Of a stretch of DNA of 64,000 bases, positions 37,111 to 45,529 are shown piece by piece. This stretch comes from an uncultured Dehalococcoidales bacterium. Its GTDB lineage: Bacteria > Chloroflexota > Dehalococcoidia > E44-bin15. The stretch is taken from NCBI GenBank assembly GCA_964428725.1, contig CAYRYW010000011.1, positions 144 through 64,143 of the forward strand. Reading direction: 5' to 3'. Every line of letters starts with the position of its first letter. The first letter of the stretch is position 1. Under the pieces are notes generated by a model. That model worked only from the letters and a program-made list of their open reading frames with translations, was not told the DNA's origin and did not search any database. A program made the position numbers and the translations under genes.

Positions 37111-37383
37111 ATGGAAACCAAACAGGTACTTAGTGGATTTGCAGTGGTCGTTCTGGACCGGGGATTTGTGTACGTTGGAAACGCCACATGCGATGATGAT
37201 TGGTGTGTCATTTCCGACGCACGAAACATTCGCGTGTGGGGGACCACGGCGGGGCTTGGTGAATTGGTGCAGAACGGGCCAACGCCCAAGACGGAGCTCG
37301 ACGTGGTCGGAACCGTGCGTGCCCCGATGCGAGCGGTTATTTCTGTGATCGACACGGAGCGGGGCAAATGGCCAATAAGCTGA
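37111..37383 (+). CDS. Hypothetical protein
   Basis: 90-aa ORF with an AAGGAGAAAAGCT ATG RBS. Confidence 0.55.
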   Translation: METKQVLSGFAVVVLDRGFVYVGNATCDDDWCVISDARNIRVWGTTAGLGELVQNGPTPKTELDVVGTVRAPMRAVISVIDTERGKWPIS

Positions 37384-37486
37384 TACTAGAAATGGCGAAC
37401 ACCGGAAGCGGCGACGGCTATGGGTGGGGAAGTGTGGCTATGGCGTCGTGAATCCAGTAATTCTAACAATGGGAAGGGATGGATGA

Positions 37487-37834
37487 ATGGGTCTTGACAT
37501 TACCCTATTAGCCGAAGTCGACACTGGCGGGGAAAAGCCCCACGTGGTGAAATTATTCGATGCCTACGTCACACACAACCTCACCGCCATGGCCGCAGAG
37601 GCGGGAATCTATGAACACATCTGGCAACCGTATGAAGTGGGCATCAAGACGGCCGGCGAGTTGATCGAGCCGCTGACCAAGGGCCTGCAAGCTATGCGAG
37701 ACGATCCGGTCCGGTTCGAGAAGCATAACCCACCGAATGGGTTCGGCAGTTACGAAAGATTCGTGCCGTGGCTCGAAAAATACATTGACGCCTGCAAGGA
37801 GCATCCAAAGGCACAAATCGATGCGTGTCGATAG
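37487..37834 (+). CDS. Hypothetical protein
   Basis: 115-aa ORF with globular-looking composition. Confidence 0.55.
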   Translation: MGLDITLLAEVDTGGEKPHVVKLFDAYVTHNLTAMAAEAGIYEHIWQPYEVGIKTAGELIEPLTKGLQAMRDDPVRFEKHNPPNGFGSYERFVPWLEKYIDACKEHPKAQIDACR

Positions 37835-37871
37835 TGATCGTAGAAATCTTGACGGAATATCTGTATTGGTA

Positions 37872-37900
37872 TTGACATTGATTCGTGATGGGAGTAGATT
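37872..37900 (+). promoter_or_regulatory. Sigma70-like promoter
   Basis: TTGACA (37872-37877), 17-nt spacer, TAGATT (37895-37900). Same -10 hexamer as the promoter at 24121. Confidence 0.4.
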
Positions 37901-37906
37901 TCTGAA

Positions 37907-37993
37907 ATGAGATTCGCCTATCAAAGCAACTTCAGCCCCCAACACCGCGCCTCTGGCTTTGGCGAGTCTCTCATCGCGGTCGCGGGGGTTTTT
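37907..37993 (+). ncRNA. Short promoter-to-terminator transcript (sRNA or attenuator leader) candidate
   Basis: The predicted TSS lies about 7 nt after the -10. A GC-rich interrupted stem (37936-37949 with 37975-37988) is followed by TTTTT (37989-37993). Confidence 0.3.
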
Positions 37994-38236
37994 CTTATGC
38001 TTAGCCACAGTTTCCTTGGGAAAATATGGGAACCATGAACTACCACTATTTCGCCGACCCGTGCGAGTTAATCGAACGCCGTGGACAACGGCCGACAATG
38101 TGTTATGTTGCGATGACAACTTCGGCGACGACGCGAGATCCCTATTCATTCGTCGTGTCATAGACCGATTGCAAGACCACTTGGACGCATAGCAGGCCAG
38201 TAGGTACTCACTGACAAAGACCTAAATGGAGCATGA

Positions 38237-38572
38237 GTGATGATACGCGACGATGTAGTAGACGTGATTGCGGAAGACGCGGCTCGCAACTGCGACATTG
38301 CCATGATTACTCTGTGCCGGAGCTATCGCCAGCTGCGGAATATCGTCGACAAGTTACCGGAGACAGCCGACGGGGTGCCGATTGTGCCGGGGATGCGAGT
38401 GTTTTATTGCGGGCAGTGCGGCATAACCGACACATGTGCGGTGGCAGTCGAAGAAACTCGGATTCGTGGAACAGGCTACGGGGAGCGGTACCTAGGCCAC
38501 ATCATATCGGCGGATCAGTGCTATTCGACGCGCGAAGCCGAGTCACGTGGGCGAAGTGCGAAGACGAACTAA
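38237..38572 (+). CDS. Hypothetical protein (paralogue of 48786..49139)
   Basis: Shares 'IVDKLP(E/K)TADGVPI(V/T)PGM' and a C-terminal 'QCY.T.EA' with the other copy. Confidence 0.55.
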   Translation: MMIRDDVVDVIAEDAARNCDIAMITLCRSYRQLRNIVDKLPETADGVPIVPGMRVFYCGQCGITDTCAVAVEETRIRGTGYGERYLGHIISADQCYSTREAESRGRSAKTN

Positions 38573-38581
38573 AGGAGAGCC

Positions 38582-38929
38582 ATGGAACCGGACAATGAGA
38601 CCCATTTGAAGTTACAAATCAACAACTTCCTCTGGATGTACGCGCCAGGGCATGTGTGCCTGAGGCATGCGGAGACATTGGCATGTAGCATCCTGATGCT
38701 ACTGCAGGATGTGGCCGGCCGACATTCCCAAGAGGAGTGGGAGCCGCTCGACAACCCGCCGCATACGAGATTCCAAGTGCGGAACGCGAGAACTGCCGAC
38801 ATGGCCACGAAGCGGGGGATTTGCTATGCATTCCGGACACACTTTGACATCCACTGGGACGACGGCACGCATGCATTGGATGTGAATGAGTTGAGCGAGC
38901 GAGGTGTGCATAAGGACGATTCCGAATAG
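38582..38929 (+). CDS. Hypothetical protein
   Basis: 115-aa ORF with an AAGGAG RBS. Confidence 0.5.
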   Translation: MEPDNETHLKLQINNFLWMYAPGHVCLRHAETLACSILMLLQDVAGRHSQEEWEPLDNPPHTRFQVRNARTADMATKRGICYAFRTHFDIHWDDGTHALDVNELSERGVHKDDSE

Positions 38930-38953
38930 CGGCAAGACAAAAGGACTCATGCA

Positions 38954-39226
38954 ATGAGCAGAGGTGAAAAAGGGCCATATTGCTACTGCTATGATTGCCT
39001 GCGCAAAGTCCACCGGCGGGAAAACCTGTCAGAAGAGGACGACTGCCCTGTATGCGGCGGGGATGTTCACAAGGACAAGCATCCCGGCAAGCCGAGAAAA
39101 CGCCGACGTGCGCGGAAGGCGACGAAAGAGCAGCAGGAGAATCGCAAAGCGCGGACACAACCAGAGAAGACCATTGCAGACATGAAGAGGGACCGCCAGT
39201 ATCACGCACGGATGTGCGGTGGATAG
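38954..39226 (+). CDS. Zinc-ribbon protein with basic tail
   Basis: 'CYCYDCLRKV...CPVCGG' followed by a Lys/Arg-rich C-terminus. Confidence 0.5.
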   Translation: MSRGEKGPYCYCYDCLRKVHRRENLSEEDDCPVCGGDVHKDKHPGKPRKRRRARKATKEQQENRKARTQPEKTIADMKRDRQYHARMCGG

Positions 39227-39468
39227 GTGCGTCCGGGTGTCCCCCGTCGAGACGCCTTACAGCCCCTGATGGCGAATAATTCGACGGTGCAACAGCAAGC
39301 CGGATGTACGCGTTGAGTTGCCTGGCACTCGTTATAGTGCTGGCTCGATTCCGGCGCCTTGTTAGGCGGAAATGGCTACCCCAAAGAGCATGCCGCTTGC
39401 TGCCAAGACAGTATCTCTAGGGGGTTGTTGCGCGCGGAAGGATACTAGGCGACGGTGGGCTAACACGG

Positions 39469-39939
39469 ATGGACTATTTACCACGGACACAGGCAGCGGT
39501 TCGGGCCTGGTTGAATGGCTCGACTGAAGGGCGCTCCTTACTGGCTGCGTTGACGCGGGAAGCCCTGGAAGACGTGATGCTGGCGAAGTGCGAAGCGTGT
39601 CAGGCGATGTGGCCTCATCCGAAGACCCTGCTGAAACGTGGACAGTTTTCCAAAGTCCTGGTCGTCTTGCGGCGGTTGGGGCGTTTCCCTGGTGCCGAGG
39701 TTTACAGTGAAGATGGCGTTGTGGTCCGGATGCTCGAACTTCCTGAGATGTCGGCTTGTGTGGAGGCGAGAGCGGAGGAATTGATTGCGATTCGGCTGCC
39801 GAGGACGTGGCGGCACATGTTAGCACTGCCAGCTAAGCGAATAACCTGCGATGTATTTCGTGGCATATCGTTAACGGAAACGTTGCGGTATCTGGAAGAG
39901 CAAAACGCACTACGGGACCTACAAGGGAAAAGCAAATGA
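39469..39939 (+). CDS. Hypothetical protein
   Basis: 156-aa ORF coupled to the downstream HTH gene. Confidence 0.5.
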   Translation: MDYLPRTQAAVRAWLNGSTEGRSLLAALTREALEDVMLAKCEACQAMWPHPKTLLKRGQFSKVLVVLRRLGRFPGAEVYSEDGVVVRMLELPEMSACVEARAEELIAIRLPRTWRHMLALPAKRITCDVFRGISLTETLRYLEEQNALRDLQGKSK

Positions 39940-40358
39940 TAGGGAAAACACTACGGAGATTCCTGTCGAAGGCGGCAAATGCGGACACCAGGTCAACGTG
40001 CCAGTTGGCACGAGATGCTGGCGTATCGCGTGATGTGGTTAGGAATGCGAGGGAAGGCAATCGCGACATGCTGTTGAAGACAGCCCAGCGGTTAGCGAAT
40101 GCAGTTGGGGTCCGCCTGCATGGCGAGCTAGGTGCTGGCGAGCTGCCGGATCGATTGGCACAAGAGCTGCTGTGCGATATGCGCAGCCTGCCAGCGATAG
40201 CGAGGGATGGTGGTGTTGACGTGCATGCACTGTATGCCCTTGTCAATGGCGGGCCTCTACCGATGCTGAGTACAGCGGAGCGGCTCATGGTCGAATTGAA
40301 GATTGCGATGCCCAAAGTTAACGGACAGCCGCTTGGAAATGGATGGCTTGAGCAATGA
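39936..40358 (+). CDS. HTH DNA-binding protein
   Basis: 'STCQLARDAGVSRDVVRNAREGN...LKTAQRLANAVGV' is HTH-like. First in a coupled helicase-methylase operon. Confidence 0.5.
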   Translation: MIGKTLRRFLSKAANADTRSTCQLARDAGVSRDVVRNAREGNRDMLLKTAQRLANAVGVRLHGELGAGELPDRLAQELLCDMRSLPAIARDGGVDVHALYALVNGGPLPMLSTAERLMVELKIAMPKVNGQPLGNGWLEQ

Positions 40359-41833
40359 AGATATACCTCGACGCACGTGATATCGAGTCCTATCGACAAT
40401 TCCTGGCGGTGAAGGAATTACCCTCGTATGCAATCAATGGGCGTATTGCGAGCTTTCCGGACGAATACGCATCACGGGTTGGGATGTCATGTGCGGACGA
40501 CACGGATCATGAATGGCGGACGCATCCCGATGCGTTTGATTATCAAGACGGGATTGTCCGGATGGCACTTAATAAGCGGAAGTTCTGCATCTTTGCCGAT
40601 TGTGGGCTTGGCAAGACGCTCATGTTTCTTGACTACGCGAGGAACGTCCTGGATGTGATGGACGCGAAGAAAAAGGCCCTGATTATTTCTCCCCTCATGG
40701 TGGTTGACCAAACTGCGGCCGAGTGCGAGCGATTCTTTGGTGAGGAATTGCCATTGGACAAGATAGCATCACGCGACCTTTCAGAATGGTTGACTAGCGG
40801 AGATGGCAGGTTTGGAATAACAAACTACGAGGCATTGAAAACAGACGTTCCCCAAGGCAAGCTTGGGTGCTTGATCTTGGATGAATCATCCCTGCTGAAA
40901 TCCCACTACGGTAAATTCGGCACGGAGTGCATACGATTAGGACGAGGGCTTGACTGGAAACTGGCGTGTACTGGCACGCCGGCACCGAACGACCGAATCG
41001 AGTACGGCAACCATGCGGTGTTCATGGACGCTTACCCAACAGTTAATAGTTTCCTTGCCCGATTCTTTGTGAATCGCGGGCAGACGCAAGAGCGGTGGGT
41101 GTTGAAACAGCATTCTCTTGGAGCCTTCTATCGTGCGTTGTCACATTGGTCAATCTTTCTCAATAATCCAGCCACTTATGGATGGACGGACAATACGGAG
41201 GAGTTGCCACCGATAAACGTCCATGTCCATGATGTTGAGATGACGCCGGAACAAATCGAGTTAACGCACAGGAAGAATGGCGAGTTATTCGCACATCGAC
41301 CTGGCGGGATTACCAACCGAGCCGCGATGAGTTCGATAGGAAAAGGCTGCTACAAAGGGAAGCGAATTCCGACGAACAAGACAGCGTATATCAGGGGATT
41401 AGTTGAACAATGGCCTGATGAATCGACCATAATATGGTGCCTGTACAACGCGGAACAGGACATCGTGTCAGAGGCCATACCGGAAGCGGTGAGCATGTAC
41501 GGGAGCACGCCGCACGCGGATAGGGTTCGGATGATCGACGACTTCAAGGCTGGCAGGGTGAAGACATTGATAAGCAAGCCGAAGATTCTCGGTTTCGGGT
41601 TGAATCTACAAATAGCAACCCGCCAGATATTCAGCGGGCTGGTGGATAGTTACGAGAGCTATTATCAAGCTGTGAAACGGTCGAATCGATTCGGGTCACG
41701 GTATCCATTGAACGTCCATATTCCTGTGACCGATATTGAGATGCCCATGGTGGAAACGGTTATCCAAAAGGCGGGCCGTGTCCAGCTGGACACAGAAGAA
41801 CAGGAACGAGTATTCCGAAAGGCTATGCAATGA
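40355..41833 (+). CDS. SNF2/DEAD-like SF2 helicase
   Basis: 'DCGLGKTLMFL' (motif I), 'LILDESSLLK' (motif II), 'ACTGTPAPN' (motif III), and a C-terminal helicase lobe ('LISKPKILGFGLNLQ'). Confidence 0.75.
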   Translation: MKIYLDARDIESYRQFLAVKELPSYAINGRIASFPDEYASRVGMSCADDTDHEWRTHPDAFDYQDGIVRMALNKRKFCIFADCGLGKTLMFLDYARNVLDVMDAKKKALIISPLMVVDQTAAECERFFGEELPLDKIASRDLSEWLTSGDGRFGITNYEALKTDVPQGKLGCLILDESSLLKSHYGKFGTECIRLGRGLDWKLACTGTPAPNDRIEYGNHAVFMDAYPTVNSFLARFFVNRGQTQERWVLKQHSLGAFYRALSHWSIFLNNPATYGWTDNTEELPPINVHVHDVEMTPEQIELTHRKNGELFAHRPGGITNRAAMSSIGKGCYKGKRIPTNKTAYIRGLVEQWPDESTIIWCLYNAEQDIVSEAIPEAVSMYGSTPHADRVRMIDDFKAGRVKTLISKPKILGFGLNLQIATRQIFSGLVDSYESYYQAVKRSNRFGSRYPLNVHIPVTDIEMPMVETVIQKAGRVQLDTEEQERVFRKAMQ

Positions 41834-42699
41834 GCGATATACTAGACGGCAAGCGATGGGATATCCATCATGGCGATTGCGTGGAACACATGGCCACCAT
41901 GCCGGACCGATCAATTGATTTTTCGGTATTTTCGCCCCCCTTCCCGAGCTTGTATGCCTATACGTCATTCGCCGAGGACATCGGTAACAGTGAGGATTTG
42001 AGGGGTGAGGCCAAAATACATTTGTCGTTCTTTTATCATCAATTTGCACGAGTGCTAAAGCCTGGCCGTGTGGTGATGGTGCATGTCGCCCAGATACCAA
42101 GGATGAAACGCAGCGGAGGAGTCGGGCTGTTTGACTTCCGTGGGTTGAACATCCGATTGGGTGAACGTGCGGGGCTGGTATTCGAGTACGATTGGATGGT
42201 CAGGAAGGGGCCGCAAGCTCAGGCTATTAGGACACGCAGTACTGAATTACAGTTCCAGGGGCTTGAGCGTGATCGCGCGAAGTGCCGAGGCGCGTTGCCG
42301 GATTACTTGCTGAAATTCCGGGCAGCAGGTGATAATGCAACGCCGGTAGTCTCCAAGGGTGACGTGTCGCGCAATGACTGGATTCAATGGGCGGAGGCAT
42401 GCTGGGACGACATCCGAGAAACGGACACGCTTAATGTGAAGGAGGGTCGTGGCGACGATGATACGAAGCACATTTGCCCATTGCAACTTGGTGTTATCAG
42501 GCGTTTAATCAAGCTATACACTAATCCTGAGGAGATTGTGTTTTCTCCGTTTGCTGGAATCGGAAGTGAAGGATACGAGGCTATTCGTCTTGGGCGTCGA
42601 TTCTTCGGTTGCGAGATCAAGGACGAATACATCGCGGCGGCTAGAAGGAATTTGGAATCAGCGGTCAGGAGCCAAGACACAGAGAGGATGTTATTTTAA
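41830..42699 (+). CDS. DNA methyltransferase (beta-class N6-adenine/N4-cytosine)
   Basis: 'SIDFSVFSPPFPSLYAY' ((S/D)PP(F/Y) motif IV) and C-terminal 'FSPFAGIGSEGYEA' (FxGxG motif I). Confidence 0.85.
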   Translation: MSDILDGKRWDIHHGDCVEHMATMPDRSIDFSVFSPPFPSLYAYTSFAEDIGNSEDLRGEAKIHLSFFYHQFARVLKPGRVVMVHVAQIPRMKRSGGVGLFDFRGLNIRLGERAGLVFEYDWMVRKGPQAQAIRTRSTELQFQGLERDRAKCRGALPDYLLKFRAAGDNATPVVSKGDVSRNDWIQWAEACWDDIRETDTLNVKEGRGDDDTKHICPLQLGVIRRLIKLYTNPEEIVFSPFAGIGSEGYEAIRLGRRFFGCEIKDEYIAAARRNLESAVRSQDTERMLF

Positions 42700-42789
42700 G
42701 GTCACTGCTGGAACGCTGGGGTGCGTCAGCGCATAAACGCACCTGGTCGTTAACGGTAAAAAGGCAAAAACACGACAAGGAAACAAACC

Positions 42790-43584
42790 ATGGAAAGGCT
42801 GAAGGAACTACACGAGTTATGGAAAAGGCTGGATAAGAAACGGGATCTCCAGAGCGCCGAAGCATTAGTCGCCGTGCGGAAACATGGCTACGCGCTGCGG
42901 TTCGTTGATTCGTCGCGACGGACGCCTGAGGTTATCTTAGCCGCCGTGCAGCAAGATGGAGAGGCGCTGCAGTTCGTTGATTCGTCGCAACAGACGCCTG
43001 AGGTTATCTTAGCCGCCGTGCAGCAAACTGGCGAGGCGCTGCAATACGTTGATTCGTCGCGACGGACGCCTGAGGTTATCCTAGCCGCCGTGCAGCAAAC
43101 TGGCCACGCGCTGCAATACGTCGATTCGTCGCGACGGACGCCTGAGGTTATTCTAGCCGCCGTGCAGCGAAATGGCTCCGCGCTGCGACACGTCGATTCG
43201 TCGCGACGGACGCCTGAGGTTATCCTAGCCGCCGTGCGGCAAAACGGCTACGCGTTGCAATTCGTTGATTCGTCGCGACGGACGCCTGAGGTTATTCTAG
43301 CCGCCGTGCAGCAATATGGCGAGGCGCTGCAATTCGTTGATTCGTCGCGACAGACGCCGGAGGTTATCCTAGCCGCCCAGTGGCAAAGTGGCGAGGCGTT
43401 GCAATACGTCGATGCCGAGGCGTGGAGACGGATACTGTCCGAGGAGGAGGCGGTCATCGAAATCACGGCACCCAAGTGGGCGGACATCGACTCTATCAAG
43501 GAGGCAGATGGCGGGTGTTGTGAGATCCGGCTTCGGCTAGGGCGTTGCTCCTCTATGAGGCAATTCACGCGACCCAAACAATGA
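42790..43584 (+). CDS. DUF4116-type tandem-repeat protein
   Basis: Eight 23-aa repeats with consensus 'TPEVILAAVQQ.G.ALQ(F/Y)VDSSRR', the pattern of DUF4116 repeats. Confidence 0.7.
   Translation: MERLKELHELWKRLDKKRDLQSAEALVAVRKHGYALRFVDSSRRTPEVILAAVQQDGEALQFVDSSQQTPEVILAAVQQTGEALQYVDSSRRTPEVILAAVQQTGHALQYVDSSRRTPEVILAAVQRNGSALRHVDSSRRTPEVILAAVRQNGYALQFVDSSRRTPEVILAAVQQYGEALQFVDSSRQTPEVILAAQWQSGEALQYVDAEAWRRILSEEEAVIEITAPKWADIDSIKEADGGCCEIRLRLGRCSSMRQFTRPKQ
42856..43413 (+). repeat. 69-bp tandem repeat, about 8 copies (coding)
   Basis: Near-identical units ...GATTCGTCGCGACGGACGCCTGAGGTTATC(C/T)TAGCCGCCGTGCAGCAA... Confidence 0.9.
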
Positions 43585-43611
43585 TTCTAGAACCACGAAG
43601 GACACGAAGCT

Positions 43612-43941
43612 ATGAGTGAGGAAAAAAACAAGCCGGACAACCGGCAGCATGATTTCGGGTGGGCCACGGAGAAGATGCAAGAAGGGTTGTGCGTGGAACG
43701 CGAGGTCTGGTGTGGTCGGAAGATCGTATTCCTTCGCGAAGGGCGGACCATCGACCACGTGGACGGTCCCTTACGCAATCTCGGCGTCACCACGCTCACA
43801 AGCATGGATCATTTCTGCATGTTAGTGCCAGACGAGCCGTCGTTGACCGGCAACACGATGGTCGTCGGCTGGCAACCACTGCCGTGGGATGTACTCGGCA
43901 TTGATTGGCGGGTGTCCAATGCAGTGGGGCGTAAACAGTAA
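43612..43941 (+). CDS. DUF2829 / Tad2-like protein
   Basis: '[19 protein letters not shown]' (fg.A...l..G..v.R..W) and the C-terminal '[16 protein letters not shown]' (W....DlLa.DW) resemble the DUF2829 family, which includes Thoeris anti-defence Tad2. Confidence 0.5.
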   Translation: MSEEKNKPDNRQHDFGWATEKMQEGLCVEREVWCGRKIVFLREGRTIDHVDGPLRNLGVTTLTSMDHFCMLVPDEPSLTGNTMVVGWQPLPWDVLGIDWRVSNAVGRKQ

Positions 43942-43949
43942 GGAAACAA

Positions 43950-44393
43950 ATGGCAGGTTACAACGCGGTAATCCTGGTCGGCAATCTCACGCGGGACCCG
44001 GAACTGAAGTACATCCCGTCGGGGACGGCGGTGTGCGACCTGGGGCTGGCGATCAACGACAAGCGGAAGAACGCCAAGGGCGAATACGTCGAAGAGACCG
44101 TCTTCGTCGACGTGACTGTCTGGGCCCGCACGGCAGAGGTGGCGTGTGAATACCTCAAGAAGGGCTCGCAGGTCCTGATCGAGGGGCGGCTGAAGCTCGA
44201 CACCTGGGAGAAGGACGGCCAGAAGCGGTCGAAACTGAAGGTGATCGGCGAACGGATGCAGATGCTCGGCAGCAAGGGGGGCGGCCATGCGGGACCGCAG
44301 CAGCGACCGGCCGCCTCGCCGGGGACCGACCCGGACGGGTTCGGGCCGCAACCGCAACGGGCAGGCGAGGGAGGAGAGGATATTCCGTTTTGA
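43950..44393 (+). CDS. ssb: Single-stranded DNA-binding protein
   Basis: '[32 protein letters not shown]' OB-fold, a Gly/Pro-rich linker and an acidic tip '...EDIPF'. Confidence 0.9.
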   Translation: MAGYNAVILVGNLTRDPELKYIPSGTAVCDLGLAINDKRKNAKGEYVEETVFVDVTVWARTAEVACEYLKKGSQVLIEGRLKLDTWEKDGQKRSKLKVIGERMQMLGSKGGGHAGPQQRPAASPGTDPDGFGPQPQRAGEGGEDIPF

Positions 44394-44456
44394 AAGATGG
44401 CGAGGGACGAGGAGTTCTGCTTTCTGAATCGCAATGCGAAAACGAAAGGAGAGATC

Positions 44457-44741
44457 ATGCCGCTTGTAGGGTTACCTGTGCGGGGATGTTGCATCCTAGC
44501 CGTGCAGCCCGGCTCGACTCCGGGAAGCGGCTTTTTTGGAGGTGCTTACGCACTATGGCAAGAGGAAGAGAGGTCGCCCGCCGCGTGCGGGCGTGGATTG
44601 AAACGCGCGTTGGACGAAACCGGACACGGATTGCCGGATCGCATACGGCAGGCGTTCTTGGTTGGCGCGACGTTACGCACCGGGGAGATTCTGCTGCCGG
44701 AGGCGGAACTGTGCGAATGGAATTTTGCCGATGAGGCGTGA
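44457..44741 (+). CDS. Hypothetical protein
   Basis: ATG after an AAAGGAGAG RBS. A competing overlapping frame exists. Confidence 0.3.
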   Translation: MPLVGLPVRGCCILAVQPGSTPGSGFFGGAYALWQEEERSPAACGRGLKRALDETGHGLPDRIRQAFLVGATLRTGEILLPEAELCEWNFADEA

Positions 44742-44758
44742 ACCCCAAGGAGAAGACC

Positions 44759-45502
44759 ATGTGTTATTTCAAATCTGCGGTGTGTGCCTACAACAGCACG
44801 ACCCGGGACGTCGCGGTGTACCTGTCGAACGAGACCGATTCGCACCACGCGATCCGGGAGGAGTATGGCTTGCAAACCCGGGATACCGACGGAATGGGGC
44901 GGTATCAGACGCCGGTGGAGTACAAGCCGGTGAGGAGCCTGATGGACGAAGCGGGCTGGGAGTTCCAGTTCGACGCGGGACGGCCGAACTGGTGGGAGGA
45001 CTGGATGACGCCGCGCGTGAAGAACCAGATGTTCCGCGCCGCGATGCGGCACTTCGACGGCAATACGCTCGAAGTCGATGGCGACCTGAACCTCGGATCG
45101 TTGACTACTTTACCGGAGGGTGTAACGCTCAATGCTGATGGCTACCTGGACCTCAGATCGTTGACGACGATCCCCGAGGGTGTAACGCTCAAGACCGATA
45201 GCTACCTGAACCTCGGATCGTTGACGACGATCTCCGGGGGTGTAACGCTCACGGCCGATAGCTACCTGGACCTCGGATCGTTGACGACGATCCCCGGGGG
45301 TGTAACGCTCAAGACCGATAGCTACCTGGACCTCAGATCGTTGACGACGATCTCCGAGGGTGTAACGCTCACGGCCGATAGCTACCTGGACCTCAGATCG
45401 TTGACGACGATCCCCGAGGGTGTAACGCTCAAGGCCCGTTCCATACGGAATGGCCGACGGTGGCTGTCGACTGCCGAGTACTTGGCAAGTATGAAGGATT
45501 GA
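44759..45502 (+). CDS. Protein with six ~20-aa LRR-like tandem repeats
   Basis: AAGGAGAAG RBS. Repeats have the consensus 'L(R/G)SLTTIPEGVTL(K/T).DSYLD'. Confidence 0.55.
   Translation: MCYFKSAVCAYNSTTRDVAVYLSNETDSHHAIREEYGLQTRDTDGMGRYQTPVEYKPVRSLMDEAGWEFQFDAGRPNWWEDWMTPRVKNQMFRAAMRHFDGNTLEVDGDLNLGSLTTLPEGVTLNADGYLDLRSLTTIPEGVTLKTDSYLNLGSLTTISGGVTLTADSYLDLGSLTTIPGGVTLKTDSYLDLRSLTTISEGVTLTADSYLDLRSLTTIPEGVTLKARSIRNGRRWLSTAEYLASMKD
45083..45433 (+). repeat. 60-bp tandem repeat, about 6 copies (coding)
   Basis: Units GACCT(C/G)(A/G)GATCGTTGACGACGATC(C/T)CCG(A/G)GGGTGTAACGCTCA... Confidence 0.9.
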
Positions 45503-45529
45503 CCTAGTACTGGGTTCAGGAGATTTGAA

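Noticed and set aside
37553-38161. 202-aa minus-strand ORF spanning the 37487-37834 gene and the following intergenic region.
   Set aside because: It overlaps a better + gene, lacks an RBS and looks non-protein-like. The intergenic part is better explained by the + promoter/terminator pair.
39291-39362. Second tRNA-like T-arm (GCTGG-CTCGATT-CCGGC at 39339-39355) in the 240-nt gap before 39469.
   Set aside because: The required acceptor 5' strand (ACAAGGC) is absent and no anticodon or D arms can be drawn. Only a long-range GCCGGA/TCCGGC pairing exists. It might be a remnant or an att-like fragment, but not a supportable tRNA.
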